Assembly (NCBI GenBank): GCA_963836075.1
Contig: CAWIIB010000009.1
Span: 928,001-992,000, forward strand
DNA from: an uncultured Acidobacteriota bacterium
GTDB taxonomy: Bacteria > Acidobacteriota > JAQAZP01
Length of the DNA stretch: 64,000 bases
Direction of reading: 5' to 3'
Both the position numbers and the translations under genes were made by a program. The notes below the pieces were generated by a model. It was not told the origin of the DNA. It made no database searches and was given only the letters and a program-made list of their open reading frames with translations. Positions 22,031 through 32,636 of this stretch are shown here, in pieces. Each line of letters starts with the position of its first letter. The stretch's first letter is position 1.

Positions 22031-22101
22031 TCCCCACACCGATGTGCTAAAATCTCACCAACCGGTCGTTGTTGTCAGATACGTAGAGAAAGAACCCCAC
22101 A

Positions 22102-23514
22102 ATGGCGAGAGCTGAACCCGCTCCCGAGAGCAAGGGCCTGATCGGGAGGTTCGTTGATTCCGTCGTCCAGACGGAGCGCCAGCGGCGGCAGTCGCGGCGG
22201 GGCAGCCTGGTCTTTCACCTCCACCCGCCCACCCTGCCCCAGCGGACGCTTCGTCTGAGCCTCACCTGGGGCCTGGGGGGAATGGGCCTGGTGCTGGTGC
22301 TGCTGCTGGCCCTCACCGGGACGCTGCTGCTCTTCGTCTACGAGCCGTTTCCCGGCAGCGCCTACATCTCGATCCACACCCTGCAGGACGAGGTACTGTT
22401 TGGCCAGCTGGTGCGCAACATCCACCACTGGAGCGCCAACCTGCTGGTCATCGTCTCGCTGCTCCACCTGCTGCGGGTCTTCTTCACCGGCGGCTTTTAC
22501 GCCCCGCGGCAGTTCAACTGGCTCATCGGTCTGGGCCTCTTCGGTCTGGTGCTGGCCGCCAACTTCACCGGCTACCTGCTGCCCTGGGACCAGCTCTCCT
22601 ACTGGGCGATCACCATCTGCACCGGAATGATCGAGTATTTGCCCTGGCTGGGCCCCGGCCTGCAGAAATGGGTCCGCGGCGGGGCGGAGATCGGCCCGCG
22701 CACCCTGCTGATCTTCTTCACCGTGCACACCGCGCTGATCCCGGTGCTGCTGGTGGTGGCCATGCCCTTCCACTTCTGGCGGGTGCGCAAGGCCGGCGGC
22801 GTGGTGGTCCCGCCACCCCCCGAGGGCAGCGAAGAGGAACGCCCGGCCAGGGTCCCCTCGGTGCCCCACCTGGTGCTCCGCGAGCTGGTGCTGGGCCTCC
22901 TGCTCATCGCCTTTGTCCTGCTCATCGCCGTCCTGTTCAACGCCCCGCTGGCCGGGGAGGCCAACCCGGGGATGAGCCCCGACCCGGCCAAGGCCCCCTG
23001 GTATTTTCTGGGGATCCAGGAACTGCTGTTCCACTTCCACCCGCTCTTTGCGGTTCTGGTGATCCCACTGGCCCTGGTCCTGGGCTTGTTGCTCATCCCC
23101 TACCTGCGTTATGCCGAGACGGCGCCGGGCACCTGGTTCCAGACGGCCAACGGTCGGCGCACCGGGCTCATCGCGGCCGTCACCGCGCTCGTCGCCACAC
23201 CGGCGGCGGTGGTGATCGACGACCGCCTGCTCCGTTTCGCCGACTGGATGCCGGGGGTTCACCCGGCGCTCAGCGAGGGTCTGCTGCCGGCGGTCCTGGT
23301 GGTCCTTGCCGTCACCGGCTTCTGCTTCTGGCTGAACAAGCACCACCAGCCCACCCGCGCCGAGCTGGTGCAGGCCGTCTTCATCCTCCTGCTGGCGGCC
23401 TTCGTGGTGCTCACCGTCACCGGCATCTGGTTCCGCGGCTCGGGCATGGCCCTCTGCTGGCCCTGGAACCGCGGGGCGCCGGCCGGGCTGTCGATCTTCA
23501 CTGGAGGGCCGTGA
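22102..23514 (+). CDS. Cytochrome b of a Rieske/cyt b complex (b6 + subunit IV fused, extra C-terminal TMs)
   Basis: Four heme His (RNIHHWSAN, LHLLRVF, VHTALIP, PFHFW); FTGYLLPWDQ; PAKAPWYFLG in place of PEWY. Confidence 0.9.
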   Translation: MARAEPAPESKGLIGRFVDSVVQTERQRRQSRRGSLVFHLHPPTLPQRTLRLSLTWGLGGMGLVLVLLLALTGTLLLFVYEPFPGSAYISIHTLQDEVLFGQLVRNIHHWSANLLVIVSLLHLLRVFFTGGFYAPRQFNWLIGLGLFGLVLAANFTGYLLPWDQLSYWAITICTGMIEYLPWLGPGLQKWVRGGAEIGPRTLLIFFTVHTALIPVLLVVAMPFHFWRVRKAGGVVVPPPPEGSEEERPARVPSVPHLVLRELVLGLLLIAFVLLIAVLFNAPLAGEANPGMSPDPAKAPWYFLGIQELLFHFHPLFAVLVIPLALVLGLLLIPYLRYAETAPGTWFQTANGRRTGLIAAVTALVATPAAVVIDDRLLRFADWMPGVHPALSEGLLPAVLVVLAVTGFCFWLNKHHQPTRAELVQAVFILLLAAFVVLTVTGIWFRGSGMALCWPWNRGAPAGLSIFTGGP

Positions 23515-23515
23515 T

Positions 23516-24043
23516 GTGAGCGCGAAAAGGAAAAAACAGGTGGATGCGAAACCCGCCGCGCCGCAACAGCCGGCCCGGCGCAGCTTCCTGCGCACGCTCT
23601 GGATCGGTCTGGGCATCGTCGCCCTGGCCGAAGCCGCCGGTCTGGCCGTGGCCTTCCTCCGGCCGTGGAAACCGAAACCGGGGGCCGACGCATTCGGCGG
23701 GGTGATCAATGCCGGCACCATCGACCAGTTTGAAGCCGGCTCGGTGACCCCCTTCCGCCGCGGCCAGTTCTACCTCGTGCGGCTGGAGGACGGCGGTCTC
23801 CTCGCCCTCTCGCGCAAGTGCACCCACCTCGGCTGCACGGTGAACTGGCAGTCCGAGCAGCAGCGTTTTGTCTGCCCCTGCCACGCGTCGGTTTTTGACG
23901 CCACCGGCAGCGTGCTCACCGCGCCGGCCCCCCGGCCGCTGGATCTCTTCGAGATCCGTATCGAGAACCGCACGATCAAGGTGGACACGGAGAAGCCGGT
24001 CCGCCGCAGCGTGAGCGACCCGTCTCAGGTCACCCGGGTCTGA
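23516..24043 (+). CDS. Rieske [2Fe-2S] protein with Tat signal anchor
   Basis: ARRSFL twin-arginine motif; CTHLGC and CPCHAS boxes; PAPRPL. Confidence 0.92.
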   Translation: MSAKRKKQVDAKPAAPQQPARRSFLRTLWIGLGIVALAEAAGLAVAFLRPWKPKPGADAFGGVINAGTIDQFEAGSVTPFRRGQFYLVRLEDGGLLALSRKCTHLGCTVNWQSEQQRFVCPCHASVFDATGSVLTAPAPRPLDLFEIRIENRTIKVDTEKPVRRSVSDPSQVTRV

Positions 24044-24052
24044 AGAGTGACG

Positions 24053-26388
24053 ATGAACGAGACGACCACAACCAGTGCGCAGCCTCGAGAGTGGCCGGAG
24101 CTGTCCCGCCGCCGCTGGGAACTCACCGGCCTGGCGGCCACGCTGGTCATCGTCCTCGCCTTCCCGGCGTATCTCGTGAAGCAGCACCACTGGCCCGCCG
24201 CCGGCTCGGGGCAGCAGGTACCTCCGCCTCGGCCGGATTCGTGGGCCGGGAGACCTGCCGCCCCTGCCACAAACCGCAATGCGACGCCTGGGACGGCTCG
24301 CACCACGACCTGGCCATGGACCGGGCCACCGACGAGACGGTGCTGGCCGACTTCAACGACGCCACCTTCACCAAAGCGGGCCACACCTCCCGCTTCTACC
24401 GCCGGGACGGCAAGTTTTTCGTGGAGACCACCGGCCCCGACGGCCGGCCGGGCGAGTTCGAGGTGACCCACACCTTTGGTGCCTACCCGCTGCAGCAGTA
24501 CCTGGTGCCCTTCCCCGGCGGCCGGCTGCAGTGCCTGACCATCGCCTGGGATTCGAAGGACGGCCGGTGGTTCCACCTCTACCCCGACGTGGAGCACCAG
24601 CCGGGCGACTGGCTGCACTGGACCAGCGGCGGGATGAACTGGAACCTGATGTGCTCCGAGTGCCACTCCACCAATCTCAAGAAGGGCTTCGACCCGGAAA
24701 CCAACAGCTACGACACCACCTGGTCCGAGATCGACGTCAGCTGCGAGGCCTGCCACGGCCCCGGTTCGCAGCACCTGCGCTGGGCCGAGCTGCCGGCCAT
24801 GGCCCGGCCGCCCACCGAAAACTACGAGTTGGTGGTGGACACCAGCGATGTCGAGCCCAAAGAGCAGGTGGAACTCTGCGCGCCCTGCCACTCCCGGCGG
24901 GCCTTTCTCGACGACTACGTTCACGGCCGGGAGAGCCTGCTGGACAGCCTGGTTCCCCAACTGCTTTCCGAGGGGATGTACTTCCCCGACGGCCAGATCC
25001 TCGAGGAGGTCTACGTCTACGGCTCGTTCATCCAGAGCAAGATGTATTCGAGCGACGTCCGCTGCGGCGACTGCCACGACGTGCACAGCCTGAAGCTGCA
25101 CAAAGAGGGCAACGGGGTCTGTCTGCAGTGCCACCGGGCCGAGGTCTACGACACCGGCGACCACCATTTCCACAAGAAGATCCACGAGGGCAAGGAGAGC
25201 GAAGGCGCTCTCTGCGCCCGCTGCCACATGCCGGGCCGCACCTACATGGGCAACGACTACCGCCTGGACCACAGCCTGCGGTTGCCCCGCCCCGACCTCA
25301 GCATCGCCCTGGGCGTGCCCAACGCCTGCAACCAGGCGGGCTGCCACGACGACAAGGACGTCCAGTGGTCCGAGCGCTACATGACCCAGTGGTACGGCAC
25401 CGCCAGGAAGCCGCACTACGGCAAACTGTTCGCCGCCGGGCGGGAGCGGCGCCCCGAGGCCGAGGCCGGCCTGATCGGCCTGCTGGGGGACGCCCTCAGC
25501 CCGGTGATGGTGCGGGCCACCGCCGCCTCGCTGCTCGGATCGTATTTCAGCAACGCCAGTGGCCAGGCCCTGGAACAGGCGCTGGACGACGGGGAGGAAC
25601 TGATCCGCCACGCGGCGATCACCGCCCTCGAGCGCCGGGACCTGCAACAGAACGTCCGCCTTATCACCCCGCTGCTCTACGACCCGGTGCGGGCGGTGCG
25701 CATGGAGGCGGCACGCACCCTGGCCGGCGTCCCTCCGGCCCAGCTGCAGCCGCCCTCCATCATTCCGGTCTTCGAATCTGCCCTCGAGGAGTATATCGCT
25801 GCCAGCATGTATGCTTCAGATTTCCCGGAAGGCCGTTACAACCTGGGCAACCTCTACGCCAACCTGGACCGGGCCGCCGAGGCCGAATCGGAGTATCTCG
25901 ACGCCATCCGCATCGACAGCACCTTCTTCCCCGCCCAGGTCAACCTGGCCCTGCTGCTCAACCAGCTGGGGCGCAACGACGAGGCGGCCGGGCTGCTGAG
26001 GGACGCCCTGGCCACCGAACCCGATTCCCCGCTGGTGAACTACAACCTCGGCCTGCTGCTGGCCGAGATGGAGCAGTTCGAAGAGGCGGCGGAGCGGTTG
26101 GTCCAGGCTGCCGATGGCATGCCCGGCCACACCCGGGTGCTTTACAACCTCGGCCTGGTGGAGCAGCGGCTGGGACGGCCGGCAAAGGCTGCCGCGGCCA
26201 TTGACCGGGCGCTGGCCCTGGAACCGGAGAACGGGGAATACCTCTACACCGCCGCCTGGCTGGCTTCGCTCCGTCAAGATTTTGACGGTGCTGAGGCCTA
26301 TGCCCGGCGGATGACGGCCCGGCCGGAGACCAGGGAACAGGGGCAGGAACTGCTGGCGGCCATAGGCCGGGCGCGGCGGGAAGAATGA
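24053..26388 (+). CDS. Membrane-anchored multiheme cytochrome c with HEAT and TPR repeats (indel ~24220)
   Basis: 7 CxxCH (CRPCH, CSECH, CEACH, CAPCH, CGDCH, CLQCH, CARCH) plus CNQAGCH; C-terminal YNLG-type TPRs. Confidence 0.85.
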
Positions 26389-26835
26389 CGCCGGTGACGA
26401 CGACCTGCTGGCCGAGCTACTGCTCCTACCCGCTCGATCACGGGCCGTGAACAGAAACAGGAAGGCTGGGTGACGGGCCCCCGTTACCTTCAGCCATAAG
26501 CTTCTTTTTATCTTTCGATCACCTTGAAGCGAGCGGTATCTTTCACCCGCCGGTCGACACCCGGCGTACCCTGTATATTTACCTTGCGGGGGATTTCCCT
26601 TTTCGGGGATATGGGCTATAGTATTTGTCGATTACAGGGCGGCCAAAATTACGATACCCGGTGAAGCCGACAGCCGACAGCCGACAGCGGGCGGCGGTGG
26701 CGCTGGTGGATATACGTCCGGCTCATCGAACGCCGGGGAATGAGATTATTACCAATAGCAGGCATAAGGAAAAAACTGCGTGCGATGCATCGTGTGAAAC
26801 CCCGGCAATAACCCGGCCCCTCGAAAGGAACATCG

Positions 26836-27693
26836 ATGACGAAGAAAAACACGAACATCGGCAGCGTCATCTTTGCCGCCCTGTTCATCGGCGCGATGGC
26901 CGCACCGGCGCTCGCGGCCGAACCGCCGAATATGAAGATGACCACGGACATTCCCGAGTCCATCACCACGCCGGACCGCGTCGAGACGCGAATCGGCACC
27001 CTCGAGTTTTTCGACGGAATCCCCTCCAAGGAGACTGCCGACCTGGTCTACGACTACCTCGACTTCTCGCGTGCCATGGAGGCCTTCCTGAATGGGATCC
27101 CCGCGGCCTCCATTGAAGGGCTTCGGCTTGGTGCGGCCTCGCTCGGTGCGAAGAACTCGAACCAGGTCCTCTACTTTGACAAGCTGATGGACAGCAAGGC
27201 GCTGTTTCTCACCGGCAACTCAAGCACCGTCTACGCCATCCCCATTCTCGACCTCAAAAAGGATGGCCCGACAGTGGTCGAGATTCCGGCCGGGGCCGGC
27301 CCGGGGACGGTGAACGACGCCTACTTCCGCTTTGTGATCGACATGGGCGCCCCCGGCCCGGACAGAGGCAAAGGCGGCAAGTATCTGATCCTGCCCCCGG
27401 ACTACGAGGGCGACCTCGAAGGCCCCATCGGTGGCAAGGCACAGGTCATCGACGGCGAGACCTACTTCGTTGCCAAATCCACCAGCTATGTGAACTGGGT
27501 CGCTTTGCGTGGATTCCTCGTCGACGGGTCGATCGATCTCTATTTCGGCCCCGAGGCCCCGGCGGGCAAGGAGGCGAACTGGACCCAGACGGTTCCCGGC
27601 AAGGGCTGGTTCTGTCTCTTGCGTCTCTATAGCCCCACCGAGGCTTGGTTCGAGAAGACCTGGCGACCGGGCGAAATCGAGCTGGTCAACTGA
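26836..27693 (+). CDS. DUF1254/DUF1214-family exported protein, apparently with an in-frame internal deletion
   Basis: Signal peptide; TPDRVETRIGTLEFFDG, DMGAPGPDRGKGGKYLILPP; jumps from RGFLVDG directly to SIDLYFGP...NWTQTVPGKGWF...WRPGEIE. Confidence 0.7.
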   Translation: MTKKNTNIGSVIFAALFIGAMAAPALAAEPPNMKMTTDIPESITTPDRVETRIGTLEFFDGIPSKETADLVYDYLDFSRAMEAFLNGIPAASIEGLRLGAASLGAKNSNQVLYFDKLMDSKALFLTGNSSTVYAIPILDLKKDGPTVVEIPAGAGPGTVNDAYFRFVIDMGAPGPDRGKGGKYLILPPDYEGDLEGPIGGKAQVIDGETYFVAKSTSYVNWVALRGFLVDGSIDLYFGPEAPAGKEANWTQTVPGKGWFCLLRLYSPTEAWFEKTWRPGEIELVN

Positions 27694-27993
27694 GCCGGAT
27701 CGAAGACGGCGCAGCGGCGCTGTTCATCCCGGCTCTCGAACCAACGAACGGGGCGTGCCTCCGCACCGCCGCCTGGCTGGATTCGAAGCGGCAGGCGGGG
27801 GCTGGCACTTTGAGGCGGTTCGTTGTATCGTCACTGCAATAGCGCATGCTACACTGAAATAGCAAGCTAAACCTGAGCGCCATCAAGATCCCCTGCCGCG
27901 CCACGAGGCCGGCGTGAAAAATCGCCGGTGTTTGGACGGCAAGGCGGGGAGCCCGAAACCGGGATCCACGAGATCGTCGAGGAGGAATTCAAC

Positions 27994-29385
27994 ATGAAGC
28001 GAACCATGGCCTTTGCGTCCCTGGCCCTGCTGCTGCACCTGTCGCTGGCCGGGGCCGGTGCTCCTGTGGCGGCGCAAACGGCCGCCGCTCCGGCGCCGGC
28101 CACCGCCGCCGACAGTGGCGGCAGCACCGGCTTTTCGGCTGAGCAGCTCGAGCAACTGGTGGCGCCCATCGCGCTCTATCCCGACTCTCTGCTGACCCAG
28201 ATCCTGATGGCGGCGACCTACCCGCTGGAGGTGGTGCAGGCCGACCGCTTCATGCGCGAGAACGCCGAGCTCAAGGGCGATGCGCTCGATGCGGCGCTCA
28301 AGGAACAGGATTGGGATCCCTCGGTCAAGGGGCTGTGCACCCTGCCCGACGTGCTCGACCAGATGAGCGAGAACCTCGACTGGGCCCAGGATCTGGGCGA
28401 TGCTTTTCTCGGGCAGAAAGACGAGTTGCTCGATACCGTCCAGCGGATGCGCGGCAAGGCCAACGACGCCGGGAACCTGAAGACCACCGAGCAGCAGGTG
28501 GTGACAGTGCAGCAGGACAAGATCATCGTCATCGAGTCGCCTCAGCCCGAGGTCATCTACGTCCCCACCTATTCACCAACCGTGGTCTACGGGCCGGCCT
28601 GGCACTACCCCAGCTATTACTATCCGGCGTTCTACGCCCCGCCGCCGCCCGGCGTCGGGCTGATCACCTTCGGCGTCGGCGTCGCGGTGGGGGCGGCAAT
28701 CTGGGGCAACTGCCACTGGGGCTGGGGCCACTCCAACGTCAACATCAACGTGAACCACTACAACAACTTCAACCGCAACACGAACATCAATCACAACAAT
28801 ATGAACCGGTCCGTCAACAATTCGAACTGGCAGCACGACCCCGGCCACCGCAAAGGGGTCAACTACCAGAACTCTTCGGTGGCGGGCCAATACGGCGGGC
28901 AGGGAGGCTCGAATCGAGTGGCGCAGGACCAGGCGCGAGGCCGGTCGGCTTCATCCACCGGCACCCGTCAGGCAGGCACCCCCTCCGCCGGGGCTCAGGA
29001 TCGGGCCAACGCCGCCAAGAGCGGGGCCAGCGACCGGGCCAGTGCCGCAAAGAGTGGTGCCAGTGAGAAGGCCGGCGCCGCCAAGAGCGGGGCCAGCGAC
29101 CGGGCCAGTGCCGCAAAGAGCGGGGCCAGTGAGAAGGCCGGCGCCGCCAAGAGTGGGGCGAGCGACCGGGCCAGTGCCGCAAAGAGTAGTGCCAGCGCCG
29201 CCAAGAGCTCCGGGGCATCGAGACCCTCTACCGGCAGCGCATACAGCGGGTCGAGTCGGCCGAACGCCGACCGGGCCGCCAGCAGTCGCGGTTCGTCCAG
29301 CCGGGGCACAAAGTCTTACAGCGGTGGCGGCAGTCGCGGCGGCGGTGGCGGTCGTGGTGGCGGCGGCCGTGGCGGCCGTCGCTAA
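27994..29385 (+). CDS. DUF3300-family protein
   Basis: QLEQLVAPIALYPDSLLTQILMAATYP, WDPSVK, IYVPTYSP, WQHDPGHRKGV; low-complexity RGG tail. Confidence 0.88.
   Translation: MKRTMAFASLALLLHLSLAGAGAPVAAQTAAAPAPATAADSGGSTGFSAEQLEQLVAPIALYPDSLLTQILMAATYPLEVVQADRFMRENAELKGDALDAALKEQDWDPSVKGLCTLPDVLDQMSENLDWAQDLGDAFLGQKDELLDTVQRMRGKANDAGNLKTTEQQVVTVQQDKIIVIESPQPEVIYVPTYSPTVVYGPAWHYPSYYYPAFYAPPPPGVGLITFGVGVAVGAAIWGNCHWGWGHSNVNINVNHYNNFNRNTNINHNNMNRSVNNSNWQHDPGHRKGVNYQNSSVAGQYGGQGGSNRVAQDQARGRSASSTGTRQAGTPSAGAQDRANAAKSGASDRASAAKSGASEKAGAAKSGASDRASAAKSGASEKAGAAKSGASDRASAAKSSASAAKSSGASRPSTGSAYSGSSRPNADRAASSRGSSSRGTKSYSGGGSRGGGGGRGGGGRGGRR
28999..29196 (+). repeat. Coding tandem repeat, 6 x 33 nt
   Basis: DRASAAKSGAS / EKAGAAKSGAS units, largely alternating. 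Confidence 0.9.
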
Positions 29386-29404
29386 CATAAATGGAGAATG
29401 ACCG

Positions 29405-30388
29405 ATGAACCGAATTCGAAAGAATCATTCAAGAGTGGCCAACGTCTTCTGTATCGCCTGCCTCCTGCTCTGTTTTGCCGGTTGCTCTCCGCCCGCGCCG
29501 GGCACCTTCGCCTCCCCCGAGGAGGCGGTTCAGGCGCTGCACGATTCCATCGGTTCCGGCGACAGGAGCTGGATCGAAGAGATCTTCGGCCCCGGCAGCC
29601 TCGACCTCTTCAGTTCGGGCGACGAGGCGCAAGACCATCAGGATGGTCAGCGGGTCAAGGAGATGATCGCCGGGAAGGTCGAGATCGACGAAATTGATGT
29701 CGATACGGTGGTCGCTCTCATCGGCGAAGAGGCCTGGCCCTTCCCCATACCGCTGGTCCGGCGCGACGGGAGGTGGCGCTTCGATACCGAAGCCGGCCGC
29801 GAGGAACTGCTTAACCGGAGGATCGGCTACAACGAGCTGTGGACGCTGGCCTCGCTCCACGAGTATGTCGACGCCCAGCTCGAATACGCCACCGTCGGCC
29901 GCGACGGCAACCCCCCGGCCTTCGCGCAGCGTGTTCGCAGCAGCGAGGGACTGCATGACGGGCTTTTCTGGGACACCGCCGAAGGTGAGCCGCTCAGCCC
30001 GCTGGGCGACCTGCTGGCAGCGGCCGAGAAGGACAATCCCGAGCCGCTCCCTTTCCACGGGTATCGGTACCGGATTCTCACCGGCCAGGGGCCGAACGCT
30101 CCCGGTGGAGAGAAGAACTATCTCGACGGGGATGGCCGGATGACCGGCGGCTTTGCGGCGATCGCCTGGCCCGCCAAGTATGGAAACTCGGGGGTCATGA
30201 CCTTCATCATCAACCAGCGGGACATCGTTTTCGAGAAGGACCTCGGTGAGGAGACGGCAGCGGTGGCCGCCGGGATCCAGCTCTTCGACCCTGATGCGAG
30301 CTGGAGTGTGACGGCGGACAACCTCGAAGATATCGAGGAGGATATCGCGGCGTTTGTTGAGCCTGCAGTTGGGTCGGAAGCCGAGTAA
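29405..30388 (+). CDS. DUF2950-family lipoprotein
   Basis: Lipobox FAGC; WPFPIPLV, RRIGYNE, PFHGYRYRILTGQG, AWPAKYGNSGVMTF; usual partner of DUF3300. Confidence 0.88.
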   Translation: MNRIRKNHSRVANVFCIACLLLCFAGCSPPAPGTFASPEEAVQALHDSIGSGDRSWIEEIFGPGSLDLFSSGDEAQDHQDGQRVKEMIAGKVEIDEIDVDTVVALIGEEAWPFPIPLVRRDGRWRFDTEAGREELLNRRIGYNELWTLASLHEYVDAQLEYATVGRDGNPPAFAQRVRSSEGLHDGLFWDTAEGEPLSPLGDLLAAAEKDNPEPLPFHGYRYRILTGQGPNAPGGEKNYLDGDGRMTGGFAAIAWPAKYGNSGVMTFIINQRDIVFEKDLGEETAAVAAGIQLFDPDASWSVTADNLEDIEEDIAAFVEPAVGSEAE

Positions 30389-30487
30389 GCGTCTCCGTAA
30401 AGACCACGCCCCGTGCATCGTGGGCCGCAACCGGAAACGGATGAGGAGCAGTCACACACACCGTGCGAAACCTTGGCCCGCCACGGA

Positions 30488-30643
30488 CGAAAGGTCAGTC
30501 GCTGACGCTGTCGACAACGGTTGCCGCGAAGCTCGCCGGAAAGGCGACGATGATCGTACGCTTGATCGCCACCAGGGTTTCGGTGAGTTGGTGAAGCCGG
30601 TCCACCGCAAAGAGCACCGATGCCGACACCAGCATGGTCACGC
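30488..30643 (-). pseudogene. 3' fragment duplicate of the DUF2391 gene at 40385-40792
   Basis: 156 bp matching 40378-40533 with about 8 mismatches by eye. Confidence 0.8.
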
Positions 30644-30689
30644 TGTTCGTCTTTTCCGTCTTTGCCGTCTTTGCCGTCTGTGCCGGATT

Positions 30690-31184
30690 CGGCGGGGAGG
30701 TAAACCGTTTGCTCGGGTCTGTCGGGCTGGTATTGCCCGGCTTTGTCACCGCCATGCTGGCCGGAGTGCTGCTGACCAACCTGGTGGATATGCTGAACCT
30801 CTCCCTCTTCGAAGACGTGGTCAAACTGGCCGGTGATGTGAGCCTCAACCTCTTCCTGGTGCTGAGCCTGATCAGTCTCGACTTCAAGTACCTGTCGGGC
30901 GCCGCGGTGCCCATCCTGGCCATCCTCGCCGTGCAGATCGTGGCGGCGGTGGTCTATGCCCGGTGGGTCATTTTCAAGGGGTGCGGCGGCGACTACGACG
31001 CCGCGGTCATCGCCTCGGGTTTTTTGCATCGCCTCGGGCAGCGGCGGTGGCCAACATGGGTGCGGTGACCAGCCGCTGCGGGCCGTCCCTCCGGGCGATG
31101 CTCGTGCTGCCGATGGTCGGCGCCGGGATCCTGGATCTAGCCAACGCCTTCATCATCGAGGGCTACCTGAGGCTGCTGCTCTGA
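30690..31184 (+). pseudogene. gltS: C-terminal fragment of sodium/glutamate symporter GltS
   Basis: LPGFVTAMLAGV, SLNLFLVLSL, GGDYDAAVIASG, AVANMGAVT..GPS..LVLPMVGA..LDLAN; N-terminal part absent; frameshift ~31025. Confidence 0.75.
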
Positions 31185-31216
31185 GCTGGTCATGATTGTC
31201 TGAGTTGGGCCCGAAG

Positions 31217-31258
31217 CCCGACCGGCCGGGTTGAACTGGGTGAAACCAGCCGGTCGGG
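31217..31258. terminator. Hairpin between convergent genes
   Basis: CCCGACCGGC / GCCGGTCGGG 10-bp inverted repeat. Confidence 0.45.
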
Positions 31259-31280
31259 TTCGATCGGCACCCTGGCCTCC

Positions 31281-31817
31281 TCACTCCTTGGCGGCCTCGT
31301 TCAGTTCCTTCTCGAGTTCTTTCTTGTCCGCCTTGATCGCCTTGTTGACGACCTTCTGAGCTTTCGTTATGGCAGCAGCCACGCGATCACCCACGTCGGT
31401 CGCGGCAACCACCACGAGACCGGCCTGGCCAGTGTCCAGCACCTCGCCGAGATCCTTCAGGTCGTCCCGGCTCATGCCGCCCGCCGCGTGTCCGGCGAGC
31501 GCACCGAGGGCGCCACCGGCACCAGCCGTCACGGCCAGCAGGCCTGTGCCCAACGCAAAAGCCGGGAACAATGCGGCACCCAGGCCCAGTGCGAGACCCC
31601 AGCCGGCGCCGGTCCATGCACCCTGACGGACAGGCTGCTCGTGCTTTTTCACGATCTTGACCTTGCCGTTGTCTTTCTTCTTGAGCACGGAAGCATCGAA
31701 TGTATCCATCAGGCCGAGGTCATAATACAGCGTCTTGACGGCCTCATAATCCGCCTCAGCCGCATCCACCGTGTCGTAGGTTGCACCAAACGCTGTCATC
31801 TCAACATAGTCACTCAT
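31281..31817 (-). CDS. DUF1269-like membrane protein
   Basis: Gly-zipper TM region GAGWGLALG...GALGALAG; DDLKDLGEVLDTGQAGLVVV. Confidence 0.7.
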   Translation of the reverse strand: MSDYVEMTAFGATYDTVDAAEADYEAVKTLYYDLGLMDTFDASVLKKKDNGKVKIVKKHEQPVRQGAWTGAGWGLALGLGAALFPAFALGTGLLAVTAGAGGALGALAGHAAGGMSRDDLKDLGEVLDTGQAGLVVVAATDVGDRVAAAITKAQKVVNKAIKADKKELEKELNEAAKE

Positions 31818-31902
31818 CGTCTTTCTCCGCTGGCAGTAATGTCAATTGCGGTTCTCGATTTACTGTCGCGATTCGCCCCAGCTCGTTTTTCATACACCTG
31901 AG

Positions 31903-32499
31903 TTACGGCGTCGTGACCTCGATAGCCAGGCCCGCACCCATGACTACCGTAACCGTCTCTCCTGCCACGACTCCTGACAGGTTTACGTCTTTCTTGACTT
32001 TGACCTTTTTCGTACTGCCGTCGGGAAGTTCAAAGGTGACCTTCCGCTTTTCCATGTCCACAGCGACAACCACAAGGGTCACCTGCTCGACTTCTGTAAC
32101 GAACCCACCCGGCTTCGAACCGACTGGAGCAAGCATCACTCCGCCGGCTGCAACAGCATCCGGCGGTGCCGAAGCTCCGAGATACACGGCCACCGCTTCC
32201 GTCACAACGGCGGAGACCGAATCCCCGATCTGCAGCTGATCAAAATTGACCATTTCAGGGGGTGCCTTGTAGGTGGTTTTGCCCCCGTCGGCCGAGGTGA
32301 GCGTCAGTTTGCGTTTGTTCAGGTCTATTGCCGTGACCGTCGCGTCGATGGTCACCGTATCCACGACGATAGCCCCATCATCCGTTGCCGCAACCGTTGT
32401 TTTTTCAACTTTTTCCACGCCCTTTGAGCATGAAACGGCGCTGATCATGACCGCCGGAAACAAGAACAGCAATGCGATGCTCAGAATCTTCTTCATCAT
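31903..32499 (-). CDS. Hypothetical lipoprotein with two OB-like repeats
   Basis: Lipobox AVSC; repeated ATVTAIDLNKRKLTL / VVVAVDMEKRKVTF. Confidence 0.7.
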   Translation of the reverse strand: MMKKILSIALLFLFPAVMISAVSCSKGVEKVEKTTVAATDDGAIVVDTVTIDATVTAIDLNKRKLTLTSADGGKTTYKAPPEMVNFDQLQIGDSVSAVVTEAVAVYLGASAPPDAVAAGGVMLAPVGSKPGGFVTEVEQVTLVVVAVDMEKRKVTFELPDGSTKKVKVKKDVNLSGVVAGETVTVVMGAGLAIEVTTP

Positions 32500-32593
32500 C
32501 TCGCTCCTTCTTCCTCGATTCGATCTCCTTCACCACGGTTCCCTGTTACCGCGTTCCCGGGATCCTGCCGGCACGGTGAGCGGGCCCAATGGT

Positions 32594-32636
32594 AATAAAG
32601 GCCGGCCGCAGGGTGCTGCGACCGGCCGGTTTTTTT
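32594..32636 (-). terminator. Putative intrinsic terminator after glsA
   Basis: Minus strand GGCCGGTCGCAG-CACC-CTGCGGCCGGCC then TTTATT; T-run also on the plus side. Confidence 0.55.

Noticed and set aside
26666-26688. GCCGACA x3 short tandem repeat in an intergenic region
   Set aside because: Too short and isolated to assign a function
27739-27828. Imperfect hairpin AACGAAC...GTTCGTT after the DUF1254 gene as an attC site
   Set aside because: R boxes do not fit RYYYAAC/GTTRRRY and L-box pairing is poor
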